DNA of 63,386 nucleotides, the filler included, from Octopus bimaculoides (Eukaryota), in assembly GCF_001194135.2 (NCBI RefSeq). It is 3 parts of 2 records of this genome, joined end to end, with 100 filler letters (N's around TTAATTAATTAA, not from the genome) between each part and the next. Parts side by side here need not be neighbours in the genome. Positions count along the whole stretch, not along the records: positions 1 to 29,995 come from NC_068983.1; 2 more parts are not named here. One strand, 5' to 3'. The position numbers were made by a program, and so were the translations under genes. The notes beneath the pieces are model-generated. The model was not told the DNA's origin. It did no database searches and saw only the letters and a list, made by a program, of their open reading frames with translations. This document shows, piece after piece, positions 13,778 to 27,345 of the stretch; position 1 is the first letter of the stretch; each line of letters opens with the position of its first letter.

Positions 13778-14045
13778 TCAGCATCATCATCAACAACAAC
13801 AACAACTTTTAATGTCTTTTTTATATGCTGGCATAGGTTGGATGGTTTGACTGGAGCTGGTAAAGCCAGAGGCAGTGCTAGGCTCCATTGTCTGTTCTGG
13901 AATGTTTTCTATAGCTGGATGCCTTTCCTAATGCCAACCACTCCACAGAATATACTGGATGCTTTTGTATGGTGCCAGCACCAGTGATTTTAATGTGGCA
14001 CCAGCAATTCTGCTGTTGTGGACAGGTCTTCTTGAGTACAGCTGT
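13778..14045 (-). mobile_element. RTE-family LINE 3' end (5'-truncated)
   Basis: (CAT)n/(CAA)n tail plus GCTGGATGCCTTTCCTAATGCCAACCAC shared with 26445-26620. Confidence 0.8.
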
Positions 14046-14165
14046 TTAAAGTGTTTTTTGTCTGAATTACTTTACTTGTGGTGTCTGTTGCTGTTTTCAA
14101 ATTTAATTCTGTTTTCTGTTTTTCTTTCGCGAAAATGATATCTGATTTATTTATTTGCTTACTGT

Positions 14166-14204
<39 letters not shown>

Positions 14205-17200
14205 TATATAATTATAATTTTTATGGTGGAAAATACAATTCATTATTTATGAACAATATATACTGAATATTGCATACATTAAAATATAGAAAATATTGTT
14301 CTTGAATTAATGAGTACAAAAGGTGTCCCCTTTAGAATACAGAAAACTATGAATAAAATTAAAAAATTATATATTATAGATTTTATAAGATAGTTCGAGG
14401 AGAAAAAATATAATAGAATATGGGAAAATGTGTGATAAAGAAATTTAATTCTTGTAGCCTGCATTTCAAAATATTAAATAATATTAATGAAGCTAAGAAT
14501 AATTTAATATTATCTTGAAATAGAAGAAAGAGAAAACAAAGAAAATACGATGTGAGCTGAAGTACAATTCAACTCAATAATTAATGGAATGTTCAACAGA
14601 TTAAGATACAAAGCCTTCTTCTAATAATTTTGTTTCCTAGAAACAATGCTCAAAATATCAAATATAGAGAAGAACATATAGTTGGTAATGCAAGCAACTT
14701 TTTAAAATTATATGACAGAAATATATGAGAGTATATGAGGAATCAAATGTAATTTCAAGTATTAAGAAGAAAATTTAATTTCAAAATTCAGATTGTTGAG
14801 ACAGATATGTCCTGAATGTAGGAGGTAAGTTCTGTTACACTAATAATTCATTATCACTACAGGGGCAGCAGTTACCACTGTCATTGTTTTTTTAATTATG
14901 AAGTTAAATGAAAATGTTAAAGATTTTATTAGTTCCATGTGGAATTTACTTTCGCAACAAAACTATTGAAAATGTGACAGTGAAACAATTGGTCACAAGA
15001 TGCTTTTAATTATTAACCAAATCAGCATTTTCTATCAATATAACAAAATGAATTTGTGCATGTTAATTGGACAGAAAGTTAGCAATACTTGACAATCTGA
15101 ATGTTCGATTTGTAATATGAAACAGCTTTCTTAATTAAAAAAAAAAGCATATTGGAATTATCTGCATTTTTCTATGGATATAGAAGTATTGGTAACGTTG
15201 TTAAACATAAATTTACACCTTAAATGCCAGCATATGTATAAGCTTTATATATTTGTATCTTTAAATATTTAAAAATAAAAATTGTTTGCAGAGCTTGTCT
15301 CACATAATATTCATTTAATCAGTCTCAAGTGATTGAATGGTTTTGGTTTAGATAGTTATCAAAATGTCCACATACACAAAAATAAATTCCTTCTATATAA
15401 ATGTGGAAAACAGCAGTTCTGGTAATTTATCAATTTTTAAAAGAAAATATCAATAACATTTTGTACATTCTAAGTAGACACACCAACATGCTGTTAAAAG
15501 ATGTGCCAATATACTTGTATATGCAACAACATCTAAAAAGATTAAAAACAGTAATGCTTGTATAAAGTATACCAACACTTTTGTCTCCTTGAACAGTAAT
15601 GTAGCCCAGTTTTAAACATTATTATTGATTATTAAATGTAATTTACAACCAATATATGTTTTGCTTCATGTACAACATACATGTTCACTACAGAAAAATA
15701 TATTTGCCAATAAAATAGAAAAGTATCAGCAGGATAAATACATTATATATCTTTGTTGATCTGGAAAACCAATATTCAAGGAACCAATGGGTAGATGAAA
15801 TGATTATACTTACGGATAAGTACAGCAATTAATTGCTAAATAATAAAAACGCTTTTCATTGCACATTCATTAAGAACAACATTCTATACTGTTAATTTGT
15901 TATTATGGGAAAAAGTTGCTCGGGTTTATATCTTTAGAAACGCCCCCAGAAAAGGAGAGCAGGAAAATACTTTAACATTAAAGCGGCCTAATATAGTTAA
16001 TATTTACTTTAAATATTTGTAGATTTGAAAAATGCTGTTCAGAAAAGGCATTTAGGTAAGTATTTTGAATGAAACGATGCATTTTATTTTAAAGGTAGAA
16101 AAGTACCTTCTTTATAAACATGCTGAATGTAATTGAGACAGTGTTGAGTCATTTAAATGGTTATTACTAAATAGACTGTTATCAAATATTACTAATCTTG
16201 CCTTTACTGCTTTTGTATTAAAATAAAGCTTTGTTACTGACTTAAATTATTCACAAAAACCTCTCTGAAGTTGGTCATTGACACGGAGTATTCTAATCAG
16301 TTTATTCCTGAAATAATTGAGTGGAACCCAAAGTTACAGACTAGAAACAATAAAGGTATGATAAAGTTGGCTTTAATTAGATATTGAAAACTAGAATTAT
16401 AAGTAAAGACAGCCAAAATGGTCACAAGATATGTTTTCCCATAGTACTTGATTGCTGCTCAGATGCTATTCTTAGTATTCTGTTTTTTTTTTAAATAAGT
16501 ATTTGTCTATTAATGCTGTATTCAGTCTCCACCAATTAAACTTGGTTCCTCTAAAAGATTCACTTAGAGATTTGTCTTAGTTATTGTTAGATAAATTTCT
16601 TATTATGAAGCCCTGTAAGCTGAAATCCTATGATTCAGAGTTTATTTGATTTGAGGGAATAATGCATTCAAAGAAGACATTATCGAACCACGGTAAGTAC
16701 ATACCATCAATACTAATGGTCAACTTCTCTGAAATTAAATAAATTCATCTGCTACCCAAGTGTCATGATTTAGTTAACAAAATACCTTCTTATTGACTTA
16801 GCAGGCACTATTGTGCTCTAAAGCAACTTCAGCAATAAGATTTTTTACTTTCAAGGTAGACACAGGATCAGCATCAAAGAAACCAGTGCCTTAGGCTAAC
16901 CTAACAATGTGAACACTATTTTCCCAGCCTTGCACCCTGTTCTCTCAAAACCAACAATGAAAAACATCCTCTCACCATCATTCAAATTAGAAAATGCACT
17001 TGAAAATTTTTAATTGAATTGCAAGCAAAAAATATATAGTCTTACGATCACTGAGTAAATCTTTTGTTGAGTGCAGTTTGAAATATTTCATGCCAGATCC
17101 TTCTTTGTTCAGGGATTGACCTCGCATTTATTGTTAATTTTCATGCTCAAAAGTATAGAAATTTTGTGTAAGTTATTTATGAGGGCTCCTGATTTAATCA

Positions 17201-17959
17201 CCTAGTTTATCAAGTGTGTAGCATCAATCCTAAGAAGATGAGCTATTGTTTCTGTTCAAATGTGTAACAAGAGGTAAATGTTTTAGTTTTGAAATTACAA
17301 ATAGTGCTTCATTTTCCAAAAAATATTAATATTCTCATTCAATACAACAAATTGGAACACACACACATATACCTATTTACATAAAGTCTCTATGTGGTAA
17401 CACCAAAGAATAAAAATTTCATCTAAATTCTCAAAACATTCATAATTCTCATATAATACTGAATAACAATCAATATATTTTCAACAGAATCTATCTGAAT
17501 TCTAGGTTAACAATTTAACCATAATGAATTGTCTAGTCCCTTCTCATTTAACTCCACATAAAGAAATGGCCATGTTTGTATTAATAAACAATCATTATTT
17601 ATTATCATGGGCTTGCTTGCTTATTAGTATAGATAAATTGTTAATATTATTCTCTGGCTTTTCTGAGAAAAAAAAAAGATCATAAATCAGTGATCAGTTT
17701 CCACAAAGAAAGGAAGCTGCAACAACTATCTATTAATTCAAAACAACTAATAAAAAGTCTGTGAAAGCTAAAGATGAACATATGCTGTTCGTTGTTAAAA
17801 CAGACTCCTCTTGGGTTTTTCTTAAATCAAAATATTAGGCTAGTACTATCTTTTTCTCAGTTGCTAATTTCTGTTGAAACAAATCATTGCATGCTAGAAA
17901 AAGAGACTTATGCCTCAAGGCTGTCAAACAGGCAGATGTCTTATTCGACTAAGTGATTA

Positions 17960-18135
17960 TATAGACCTGTATTTCAAACGGCCAGCCTTGTCACATTCTG
18001 TCCCATGCTGAGAACTAGATTAAAGGCACACATGTCTGTGGAGTGCTCAGCCACTTGCACGTTAATTTCACGAGCAGGCTGTTCTGTTGATTGGATCAAC
18101 TGGAACCCACATTGTCATAACCGATGGAGTGTCTG
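17960..18135 (+). mobile_element. SINE family C, 3' part, CpG-decayed
   Basis: GTGCTCAGCCACTTGCACGTTAATTTCACGAGCAGG matches the reverse complement of 47150-47470 and 61103-61420. Confidence 0.85.
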
Positions 18136-18699
18136 TATAGTAATTAATAAATTTACATTTAATTTTTGTTCATTAGTTTTGTTTACTTAAGGTGGCAAAC
18201 TAGCAGAATCGTTATCACATCTGAAACAGACAAAATGCTTAATGACATTATGTTCAAATTATGCTGAGCTTGATTTTGCCTCAATAAAATAAGAACTAGT
18301 TGAGCACAGGATCCATTAACTGGCTGTCTCTCTCCACTAAGATTGTTTGCCTTGTGCCAAAATTTGAAACCATTAGTTACTATATTTATCAAGAATGCTC
18401 CAGTACCACTTCTCAAATTGGCAAATATCAGAATTTTGTTGAAACTGTAAAGCTACTGTCAGGATTACTATCCATTTTAAAGTTGATCATTTGATCTTGG
18501 ATTTCTTGATGATGTAGGTGGAATATCTAGGGTATATATGCAAAGTTATTTCATGTGCTTTCATTTTTCCCAGTGTAATTTTTCACACAAACAAGTAAAT
18601 TCACTACTACTTGTTTGGAAAAGGTAGTATGTTACACTATCTCTTTGATTGCTTCATTCAGCAACTCAACCTAACATGTGAAAATTCTTACATTATAGC

Positions 18700-19470
18700 T
18701 GTTTTATCTTCAACATTGTTATCTTCATCACTTCCCATATTTTTTATCAGCATTCAAAGCAGTGGTTCTTCATTAATATTCATCCACTCAACAAGATTTT
18801 CTTCATTAATATTATTTTACTATATCCTTGAATACAGGTCCTGTAACACTTTGTTTACTCAAGGAACTCACAAACACCTTTTCCTTTTAATAAATTAATG
18901 TTTGTGAAACTGATGTCAACATTTTCAGCAGATTATCAAACACCAAAGCAAGTCATAACTTATTTCAGTTTTCTTTAGTGTTGATGCTTTCACCTTCTCT
19001 TATCCTTTAGCAATGAACTAAAGAACATCCTTCATGATAAATTCTTTAAGAAATGTCAGTACAGACTTTCCATCATTTGCAGCATTTAACATATATTTCT
19101 TGAAAAGTGAGTGATATTTTTCATTTAAAAAGTACAGTATTCCTTGTTCAAAAGGTTGGGTAAGGGACATATAGTTGGGTGGTAAATACATTGTATAAAC
19201 ATTTTTCTTAACTAGAAATTCAGCTTCAACAGTTGTCCAGGATAAGAGGAATTTGACAGTCTTCTGCAGTGTGCTCTGGACTTTGATAATCCAGCCATTC
19301 TTATTTGAATGGTATGTCACTGGATAAATCTCAATATTTTTCAAGGCATTGGGGTGTTTTATTTTATTTTTAATAATGGTTTTTATGTGTTTACTTGCTG
19401 CATTTGAGCACCCTAAAAATTTAAGCCTGTCTTTAGACTGTTGGAATCTTGTGGGCACTTTGTTTTTAAT
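18700..19470 (-). mobile_element. pogo/Tigger-like DDE_1 transposase remnant
   Basis: ORF 19018-19458: DRLKFLGCSNAAS, PNALKN..YPVTYHSNKNGWI, YLPPNYMSLTQPFEQGIL match Tigger motifs (RxTxLxCxNA, PVxYxxNKxAW, LPPNxTSxxQPxDQG). The third catalytic D is E and the middle is deleted; the extension below 19018 is stop-ridden and less certain. Confidence 0.8.
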
Positions 19471-19629
19471 ATTTCCCTAGGTGTGCATTGGCAGTATATT
19501 GTAGTTCCATCTGCATTATGCACCTGCTCAGGGCTGAAGTGCTTATTAGCTATGAACTTGGCAAAGTCATCCAAATACTCAGCACCTCCTTAATGGTTTG
19601 AGAAATGCTTTTCTCTACCAAAGTTTTGA

Positions 19630-20191
19630 GTGCATTCAACATATCTCACCTCCAAACCTGCTGCAAGCCACTTTCTTCTAGAAAAGAAATGGGGACGTCG
19701 GAGTTTCCCAGGAAACCCTGAGTTTCCCAGGAAACTCTGAGTTTCCCACCAACAGAGTCTTGTTTCATAGGTCTTTTTCTTTTCCTGGTTATGTCACATG
19801 CTTTCACTGAATGTTGTAACATTCAAAATCATGCGTAAATGGCTCGTTTCCTCAGAAAAAGAAAGATTTGGCTGCTATCTCTAGCACGCCCTGCTACCAC
19901 GTAACAGCTATTTCAGGTTCTTTATCGCATATAACTGTTACATGGTAGTAGGGTGTGCTAGAAATAGCAGCCAAATCTTTCCTTTTCTCAGGAAATAGCT
20001 GTTTACGTGTGATTTCAATGTCACATTCATTGAAAGCATGCGAAATAACCTAGAAGACAAAACAAAACTCCGTTGGTGGGAAATTTGGAGTTTCTTGGGA
20101 AACACCGAGGTCACCACCATCCCTCCACCCTTTTCTGTTCTGGAAAAAAAGTGGTTTGTGGTGGGTTTAATGGTGAGATACATTGAATGCA

Positions 20192-20192
<1 letters not shown>
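19630..20192. repeat. Long imperfect inverted repeat (fold-back; MITE-like)
   Basis: Left arm 19630-19911 pairs with right arm 19931-20192 around a 19-nt loop, e.g. CTAGCACGCCCTGCTACCACGTAACAGCTAT vs ATAACTGTTACATGGTAGTAGGGTGTGCTAG. Confidence 0.9.
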
Positions 20193-20229
<37 letters not shown>

Positions 20230-20799
20230 GTGGAAAAAAATTATCTCACAGAGGTACGAACGGGTCCTTTACAAAATATTCACCCTTGGAATTAATTTTT
20301 AAAAAATTTAAAATATTGTCTGGTTAAAGAAAGCTAAAATATATATACTTACCGTATAAACAACTTGTATTTTTGAAATCACATTCACTTAAAAACATTT
20401 CTAAATGATTAAAGTATTGTGCTTAACAAAAGTGAAAATAGAAACATCTACTGTAAAAACAACTTGTATTTTTTCGTTGGCAAGTTAAAGTCACTAAGAC
20501 TTTTGCCTAAATCATGAAGTCTGTCTTCATAATACAGAAGACATTGAGCATGCCTCTAATTGAAAGGTTAGAGTTTCTTCCCTTTCAGGGTTATGTTATT
20601 TCCAGAGTATTTTCCCATTATGCACCATTTTGGGTATTTATGGATATCCCCCACCACCACATCTCAGGAATCCCTGGTCCGATTTATGCAAAACTTGTTT
20701 TATTCCATTTGTATTCACATTTCAAGGGTACCTTAATTCATAGTATTTTCCCTTTATGTGCCAGTTTGACAGACAAGCAAGCAATCAGAGAGTTTTAGT

Positions 20800-21650
20800 A
20801 GTATATAGATTGACTCATCATTATTTACTTATTGAAAATATGTGCAAGTTAGGGTTATTTTACAAGCATTTTAGGAAGAAAAGATCTTGAAAACTGGCCT
20901 AAAATATTAACAGTCAGATCACAATTATTTTCATCAATCAAAATCAGCTTCTAAAAAAGAAATAACAAACCAGGATTTTGTGCTATATAATAATTATTCA
21001 TATGTGAGGAGTCATCTATTAATAATTCCTTGAAAATAAAGTGTATTATTTCCCTTTAATAGAGCTGATTATTATTTAATATAGTTAGACCCCATCAGAT
21101 GGATTTTAACTTCATTATTATTAGTTGAAACTTTATTACAGCTATTTTGTTGTGCTCCTACACATAACACATAACTCATATAACTCATCTTTGCAATACT
21201 TTGATTGATTAATAATTTAGTTCCATTTGCCTTGTTATTAGTACAAAGGAAATCCAGTGGTAAAATAAAAATTCTTGTAGAGCCATTGCCCACCATGCTA
21301 ATGTAAAGAAGAGGAATTGTCATCTAGTGTTGATTTCAAATATTATTAATCTTACCCTCTCTAGACTGTATTTTTTTCATGTTAATGTTTAATTCTCCTA
21401 GAATATTAATTAAGTCTAATTAGTGAAGAGATGTTGTTAAGAAATACTAAGGTTTAAATAGTTATACTTGAAACATTCTAGTTACTGGTAATGTTAGTAT
21501 CAGAAAGAAATACTCAAGAAAAGAGTATGTTTAAAAATATTCCATCCTAAATCAATCAGGGCTTGAAATGGGTTGCCTTCAGATATCTTTGACAGTATTT
21601 TATAGATAATACTGAAATATCTAAGTTAAATACATATTATATACTTAACA
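20800..21650 (+). repeat. Old direct duplication, copy 1 (copy 2 at ~23640-24550)
   Basis: Colinear similarity, e.g. CATCTATTAATAATTCCTTGAAAATAAAGTGTATTATTTCCCTTTAATAG vs CATCTATTAACAATTCCTTTAAAATAAAATGTATTATTTTCCTTTAATAG. Confidence 0.85.
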
Positions 21651-23639
21651 ATTCCAATATTGCTAATACTTTTCATATTATTAAATGATCTTAAGTACTA
21701 AAAATTATTTTTCCCTCAAAAAAAAAAAAAAAGAAAAATAGAATTATATACAACAGAAAGATTAATTTATGTTTCCCACTAAAAGAATGAATCTACTTTT
21801 AATAAAACTAAAACTAAAAACGAAAATGTATTATTTCTTAAAGATAGTTTATCTTTAAAATCAACATAATGACTAAAGGATGCAGACATTCATATATAAC
21901 AAAAATCTAAGTAATTCACTTGTTTTCTGCTTGTAAGATATCCCATAATCAGATTTAATCTTTATTTGGAATGTTCTTGTGAGTAAAATAAATTATAATA
22001 AATCATTCATTTTCCTTTTTTTTTTTTTTGTAACTCAAAGAAAATTTAAAACACTCCAGTAGTGAATTTATTGATAATGCTCTGCTGAAGCTTTCTTATA
22101 AATAATGCATTCATGTACATATTTCCAATTCTTTGCATAAAAGATTGAGATAGGTTATAAGAATATATTAAAGAAAGTTCAGATATAAATTAGTTTCTAT
22201 TCAGAATTCCTAAACTATAATTATAGTCACATACTATGTGCTCCAGATGCTTATGGATGAAAAAAGAATTTGTATGAAATTATTGAAACCCACTTTTCAT
22301 GCAGAAAAATAAACTTTTAATGTTCTTATTAGTTTAGACACTTACCATTATTATTTTTTTTTTTCAGACATATAGCTGAAAATATTCATATGAAGAAAAT
22401 ATTCTGTTACAAAGTACTTGAATTGTGGGTCAAACGACAAGTTAGCAAGAATAAGTGAATGGGAAGAAATCTAAGTAGTCCAACTAAATGAAATTAAGAA
22501 ATATTGAAGATCATTTTAAAATAGTTTATTGACTAATCAATATGGCTAAAAAATTAGTAAATAAGATAAAATAAAAATTATATAGTAAAGAGAACTAGCA
22601 ACTAGTCGTTTAATAGATGAGGCAGTTGCTAAATTAACTGCAATAAAAATTGAAAAAAAAATGACAGTCTACATTGAAAATTGAAGTTTTAGAAATCAAT
22701 ATTTTAATCCTCAAGACATGAAATGATTTTTATTTTATAACTTCTATCAAGTAAAATGTGCATCTGGACATACTGGTTGATAATTTGATATTGTGAAATA
22801 TCTTATGCATACCAAAGATTTATGAAATGATTACCAATTACTAAAGACGAAGAAACGTGTTAAGAATCTAGAATAATACAAGTAGTTATATATAGTTACT
22901 CTTCTGTTATTTTGAAATTGTTCAAAGATTTTACATCATAAAATGATTATTAAGTGACGAGAAACTTACTTAATTTGTCTCAAATTTAATATAGATATAC
23001 CTACAGTTATAATTACTGCAAAATATCAACAAGCAAAACAAGTGAGGAATATAATTTAACATTAAGCAGAGACATAAGAATAATATTACTATAGCCTTAA
23101 AGTGATGAGCGTTCATAACTCACAAGGGTTCATCAGTGTAAGGAAACTTCAAAAGACCATGGTATTTCAACTGTGTTGTGCACCTCTTCAATCAAATTTA
23201 CCCTGAAATGATGAATCTCACAAGAGCATGAGCTCATTTTTACTGGAATCAGCAAACTAACTATTTGTTGGTGTGTTCAGATGTCTGCCAAATAGATAAC
23301 GATTCATGGGATGCACAAAAACACAGCAAGGATCCAAGCAATAACATATCTATTCATTCATGTTACATTCTGACAGATTCAAATATGAATATCTAATTAC
23401 TGTTGTTATTCATTATTAGAAACATCTTCCTTAAATCGACATGTGTTCATAACCAATGTACATGGACTTTGAAACACTATAGTGTCTTGAACTGCACCCC
23501 ACACGAATTGTTGTAGACAGAAGCTTCTTCTTTGGAGATACTGACAATGAATCTTACTTCAGTTACTGGGAAAAATTACCAGGAAAAAATTATTAGATAA
23601 CATTATTTCATCAATTATTGCCTTTATCTGTTTAGAACT

Positions 23640-24550
23640 TTATTTATTTCCATTGACTCATAATCAATAGAAATATTTGTAAGTCAATGTTCCTTTACAG
23701 GAATTTTTGATGAGAGAGCTTTAAAAATTACACAATGGATCGCAATTAATTTCAGCAAATAAAATTAATTTTAATATTAAGAAATAACAAATCAGGGTCT
23801 TTTACCATACAATAACTAATTGCATGTAAGGAGACATCTATTAACAATTCCTTTAAAATAAAATGTATTATTTTCCTTTAATAGAACTAATTATTATCTA
23901 ATATAATTAGATTCCATAAAATAGCCTACTAGGACTTCTAACTTCATAGTTAGGACTTGAAACCCTATTATAGATACTGTGTTGGGTAAGACACACAACT
24001 CAATTTGCAATATTCCAATTGACTGACAAGAAGTTTTAATGCTAATTGTCTTGTTAGGGATATAAAGGAAATGCAGCGCTAAAACAATTTTCCACTATGC
24101 TTAGGAAAAAGTGAATTTATCATCTCAGGTTAATATGAAATACGATCAATCTTATATCTTCTCAAGGTTGTATGCAAAAATAATCTTTTTCCAGTTAAAA
24201 CTCGTTTTTCCACAATAATGTTTAATTCTCTGCAGGTACATTTGTAGTATCAAATTAGTGAAGAGACTCTGCTAGAAAACAGTAATATTTAAATTGCTTT
24301 GCAAGATACAATCTAGCTGTTGGCAATCTTCATATCAACAAGAAAACTTTTGAGAGAAGGGTATGTGTTGTGCATAATTAATTAATTAATTAATTAATTA
24401 ATTAACACAATAACCTTGAAATGTAGTTTCTGTTGGTTTATTTTTTGTACATTTATCACATTTAATATATAAATTCATCCCTAAAATGTCATAAACCAGA
24501 TCAACATGAGTCAATAATTCAAACCTTAATTCATGGCAATCTTATTTACT
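23640..24550 (+). repeat. Old direct duplication, copy 2
   Basis: See copy 1; boundaries approximate. Confidence 0.85.
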
Positions 24551-25808
24551 AGGCTTTTAAACAACTTCAATTCTATACTCTATCCAAAATTCAAAGTAAT
24601 TTATGATGTGTGAAAAGGTTTTCTAAGCCATTATGGTTTATAAAATACTTTATAAAATACATTATCCTTTGAAATCTGATATTTGAAGTGCTCATGAGCT
24701 AGCAATAAAGCAAAACATTAAATGAGGCCCTCTTCTGTGTAGTATAAACCAACAGAAAGATGTCAAAAAGAATTTTCCTTTCCAATTTATTGAATGTAAC
24801 GTTCTATGTTATTGAATGATATTGAGTGCAAAGTGAAAAAGGAAAATTAAATAGAGAATGGGAGTCAAGATACAGTTTGATTATAAAAATATATTAAAAA
24901 TTTATATCTAATAAAAAGAGAAAGAAGATAATGTGTGTAATATAGATTCACTGCCACCAGCATGTAGCTACATATCATGGATGTGAAAATTTGGAAAATT
25001 ATCAAGTTCATTTTGTTGTTCATCTTTACTTTTTAGACCATAATAATTAACACAATGGAGATGAGAATTTTAGAAAAACAGGAAAGCAAAATGAGTGTGT
25101 AAACTTATACTTCTAATGAAGTCAGTTTGATGTATTTAAAATTCAATAAGGACAGCAGACAACTTCAAAATTAGTACATATTTAACTAAGCTTAATCTTA
25201 TTATAATACTGTTTAATCTAAAAAATAAAATGTGATCTGATGCTCAAATTCTACTACATATCATTCTTTATGATGCATATAAGCTTCTTTAATATAATAT
25301 ATCATCTAATGTGACACCTTGCCAATAATCAAATCCATTATTGGTTTATTTTGAAAGGTTAATGTTTTTCACTTGAGAATATTGGTCATTTAGAATAATT
25401 CTTCTATTTCATTTCTCTTTATACTTTGATTCATGCTTACTTGGTTGCTCAAATGTCACTGAAGTTTATTCAATCATTTATTCTCAAAATCCATAAATAT
25501 GGCTGAATATTCTGATCATAACAAAATGAATAATATTGTTTCAGAAAGATTTTTATTAAATGATATAAAAGGAAATTATTAAGGTTATATCAATAATTGC
25601 TAAAATGAAAAAGAGAAGTAGATAAATAGATATAAAATGTTTCATTAATAATGCAACGAAAATAGTGAAAATTTCAGGATGTCTTGAAGTTTTGAATTGT
25701 TATTATTTTTAGATTGGATACAAAGTATGGTGCATGTCTCTTACAACATTGTAACTTATTTGTTGCTGAATGATCTCTGTTGCTCATCAGAAAATATAAA
25801 AGATCAAA

Positions 25809-25849
<41 letters not shown>

Positions 25850-26444
25850 TCAAAATTGACCTGCAAAAGCTTTAAGGTATTTATTCACTTGACTTCAGCT
25901 GCAAGATTAAATCAAACTTGGCATGATTTAATCTTAGAGCTGGCATCAGTTAAACAGATTACATATGTTGCCCTCATTACAGCATAGTTCTGCCTTAAAA
26001 TCCCATATAAAGTTTAATTACTTCATTAAGTTTCCATCTACAATTAAATTATTCATATTGGACATTTTGTTTCAGGAGTTAAAATTGGATGATATCAGGA
26101 ATTTGTTTGACAGAAAATTTTGTTGCAGTGTCATCAAAATGTGGACAGGAAATGTTATAGTACCAAAAATAAAATGAATCTACTAATAAATTTAAAATAG
26201 TCTTACATTTAAGTCTGATCATGCAAATGAAGTATAAGAGCTCAGAATATAATTGACATACATTAGTTGAAATTACTAATCTTTTCCATTTACTTCCATT
26301 CTTCAAAGTGTCACGTGCTGTAGTATTCTTCCTATCACCCTCAAACAGCAATCTCCAGCACCCTCTCTATCTTCTGGAATTCAACAGTAATACAAGTAAT
26401 TTCCAAGAAAATTAACTTCTCAGATACTAACAATTACCTTCATC

Positions 26445-27345
26445 ATGATCATCATCATCCTCATCGTTTAATGTCTGGTTTCCCTGCTAGCATGGGTTGG
26501 ACGGTTTGACTGAGGGCTGGCGAGCCAGAAGGCTGCACCAGGCTCCAATCTGATCTGGCAAAGTTTCTACAGCTGGATGCCCTTCCTGATGCCAACCACT
26601 CCGAGAGTGTAGTGGGTGCTTTTACATGCCACCAGCACAAGGGCCAGTAAGGCAGTACTGGTATCGACTACGCTCAAATGGTGCTTTTTATGTGCCACCT
26701 GCATAGGAGCCAGTCTGGCAGGACTGGAAATGACCACGCTTGAATGGTGTTTTTTACATGCCACCGGTATGGGTGCCAATCAGGTGGTACTGTCATCGGC
26801 CATGGCAGTGATTTCACTTGCCTCAACAGGTCTTCGCAAGCATAGTTTATTGCTCAGTGATTGAAGGGTACTCTTAAATGGGCTGGTTATACAGCACTGG
26901 CATAGGCCACGGTTATGCTCTGACTTCGCTTGCCGGATCTTCTCAAGCACAGCATATCTCCAAAGGTCTCGGTCACTTGTCATTGCCTAGGTGAGGCTTA
27001 ATGTTCATAGGTTGTGCATCACCACCTCATTCAAGGTCTTCCTGGGTCAACCTCTTCCACAGGTTCCCACAACTGCTAGGGTGTGACACAGCTGTCCTCA
27101 TCCATTTGCAACACATGACCATACCAGCACAGTTGTCTCTCTTGCACACCACATCTGATGCTTCTTAAGTCCATCTTCTCTCTCAGAGTGCTTACACTCT
27201 GTCATGTATGCACGCTCACATTACACATCCAGCAGAGCATACTGGTTTCATTCTTTGCATGCATATGCATGTCCTTATCAGTCACAGCCCATGTTTCACT
27301 GCCATGTAGCATGGCAGCTTGCACACATGCGTTATACAGCCTACT
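26445..27345 (-). mobile_element. RTE-clade LINE, 5'-truncated, with ORF end, 3'UTR and (GAT)n tail
   Basis: Minus-strand YNACVQAAMLHGSETW region, C-terminal MTSDRDLWRYAVLEK, internal ~65-nt tandem repeats, and CATCATCAT tail at 26445-26462. Confidence 0.85.

Noticed and set aside
22370-22800. Faint BACK-domain-like (KVLELWVKRQ) and ankyrin-like (FDIVKYLM) peptides
   Set aside because: Short, stop-interrupted and not colinear with any single family; chance level.
20957-24360. Shared in-frame TAA/TAG and a TAA/CAA swap between the duplicated blocks, hinting at a TAR=Gln code or foreign DNA
   Set aside because: Hand count of differences by codon position gave 6/10/8 in one block and 10/7/11 in another, so there is no third-position bias; consistent with neutral AT-rich divergence.
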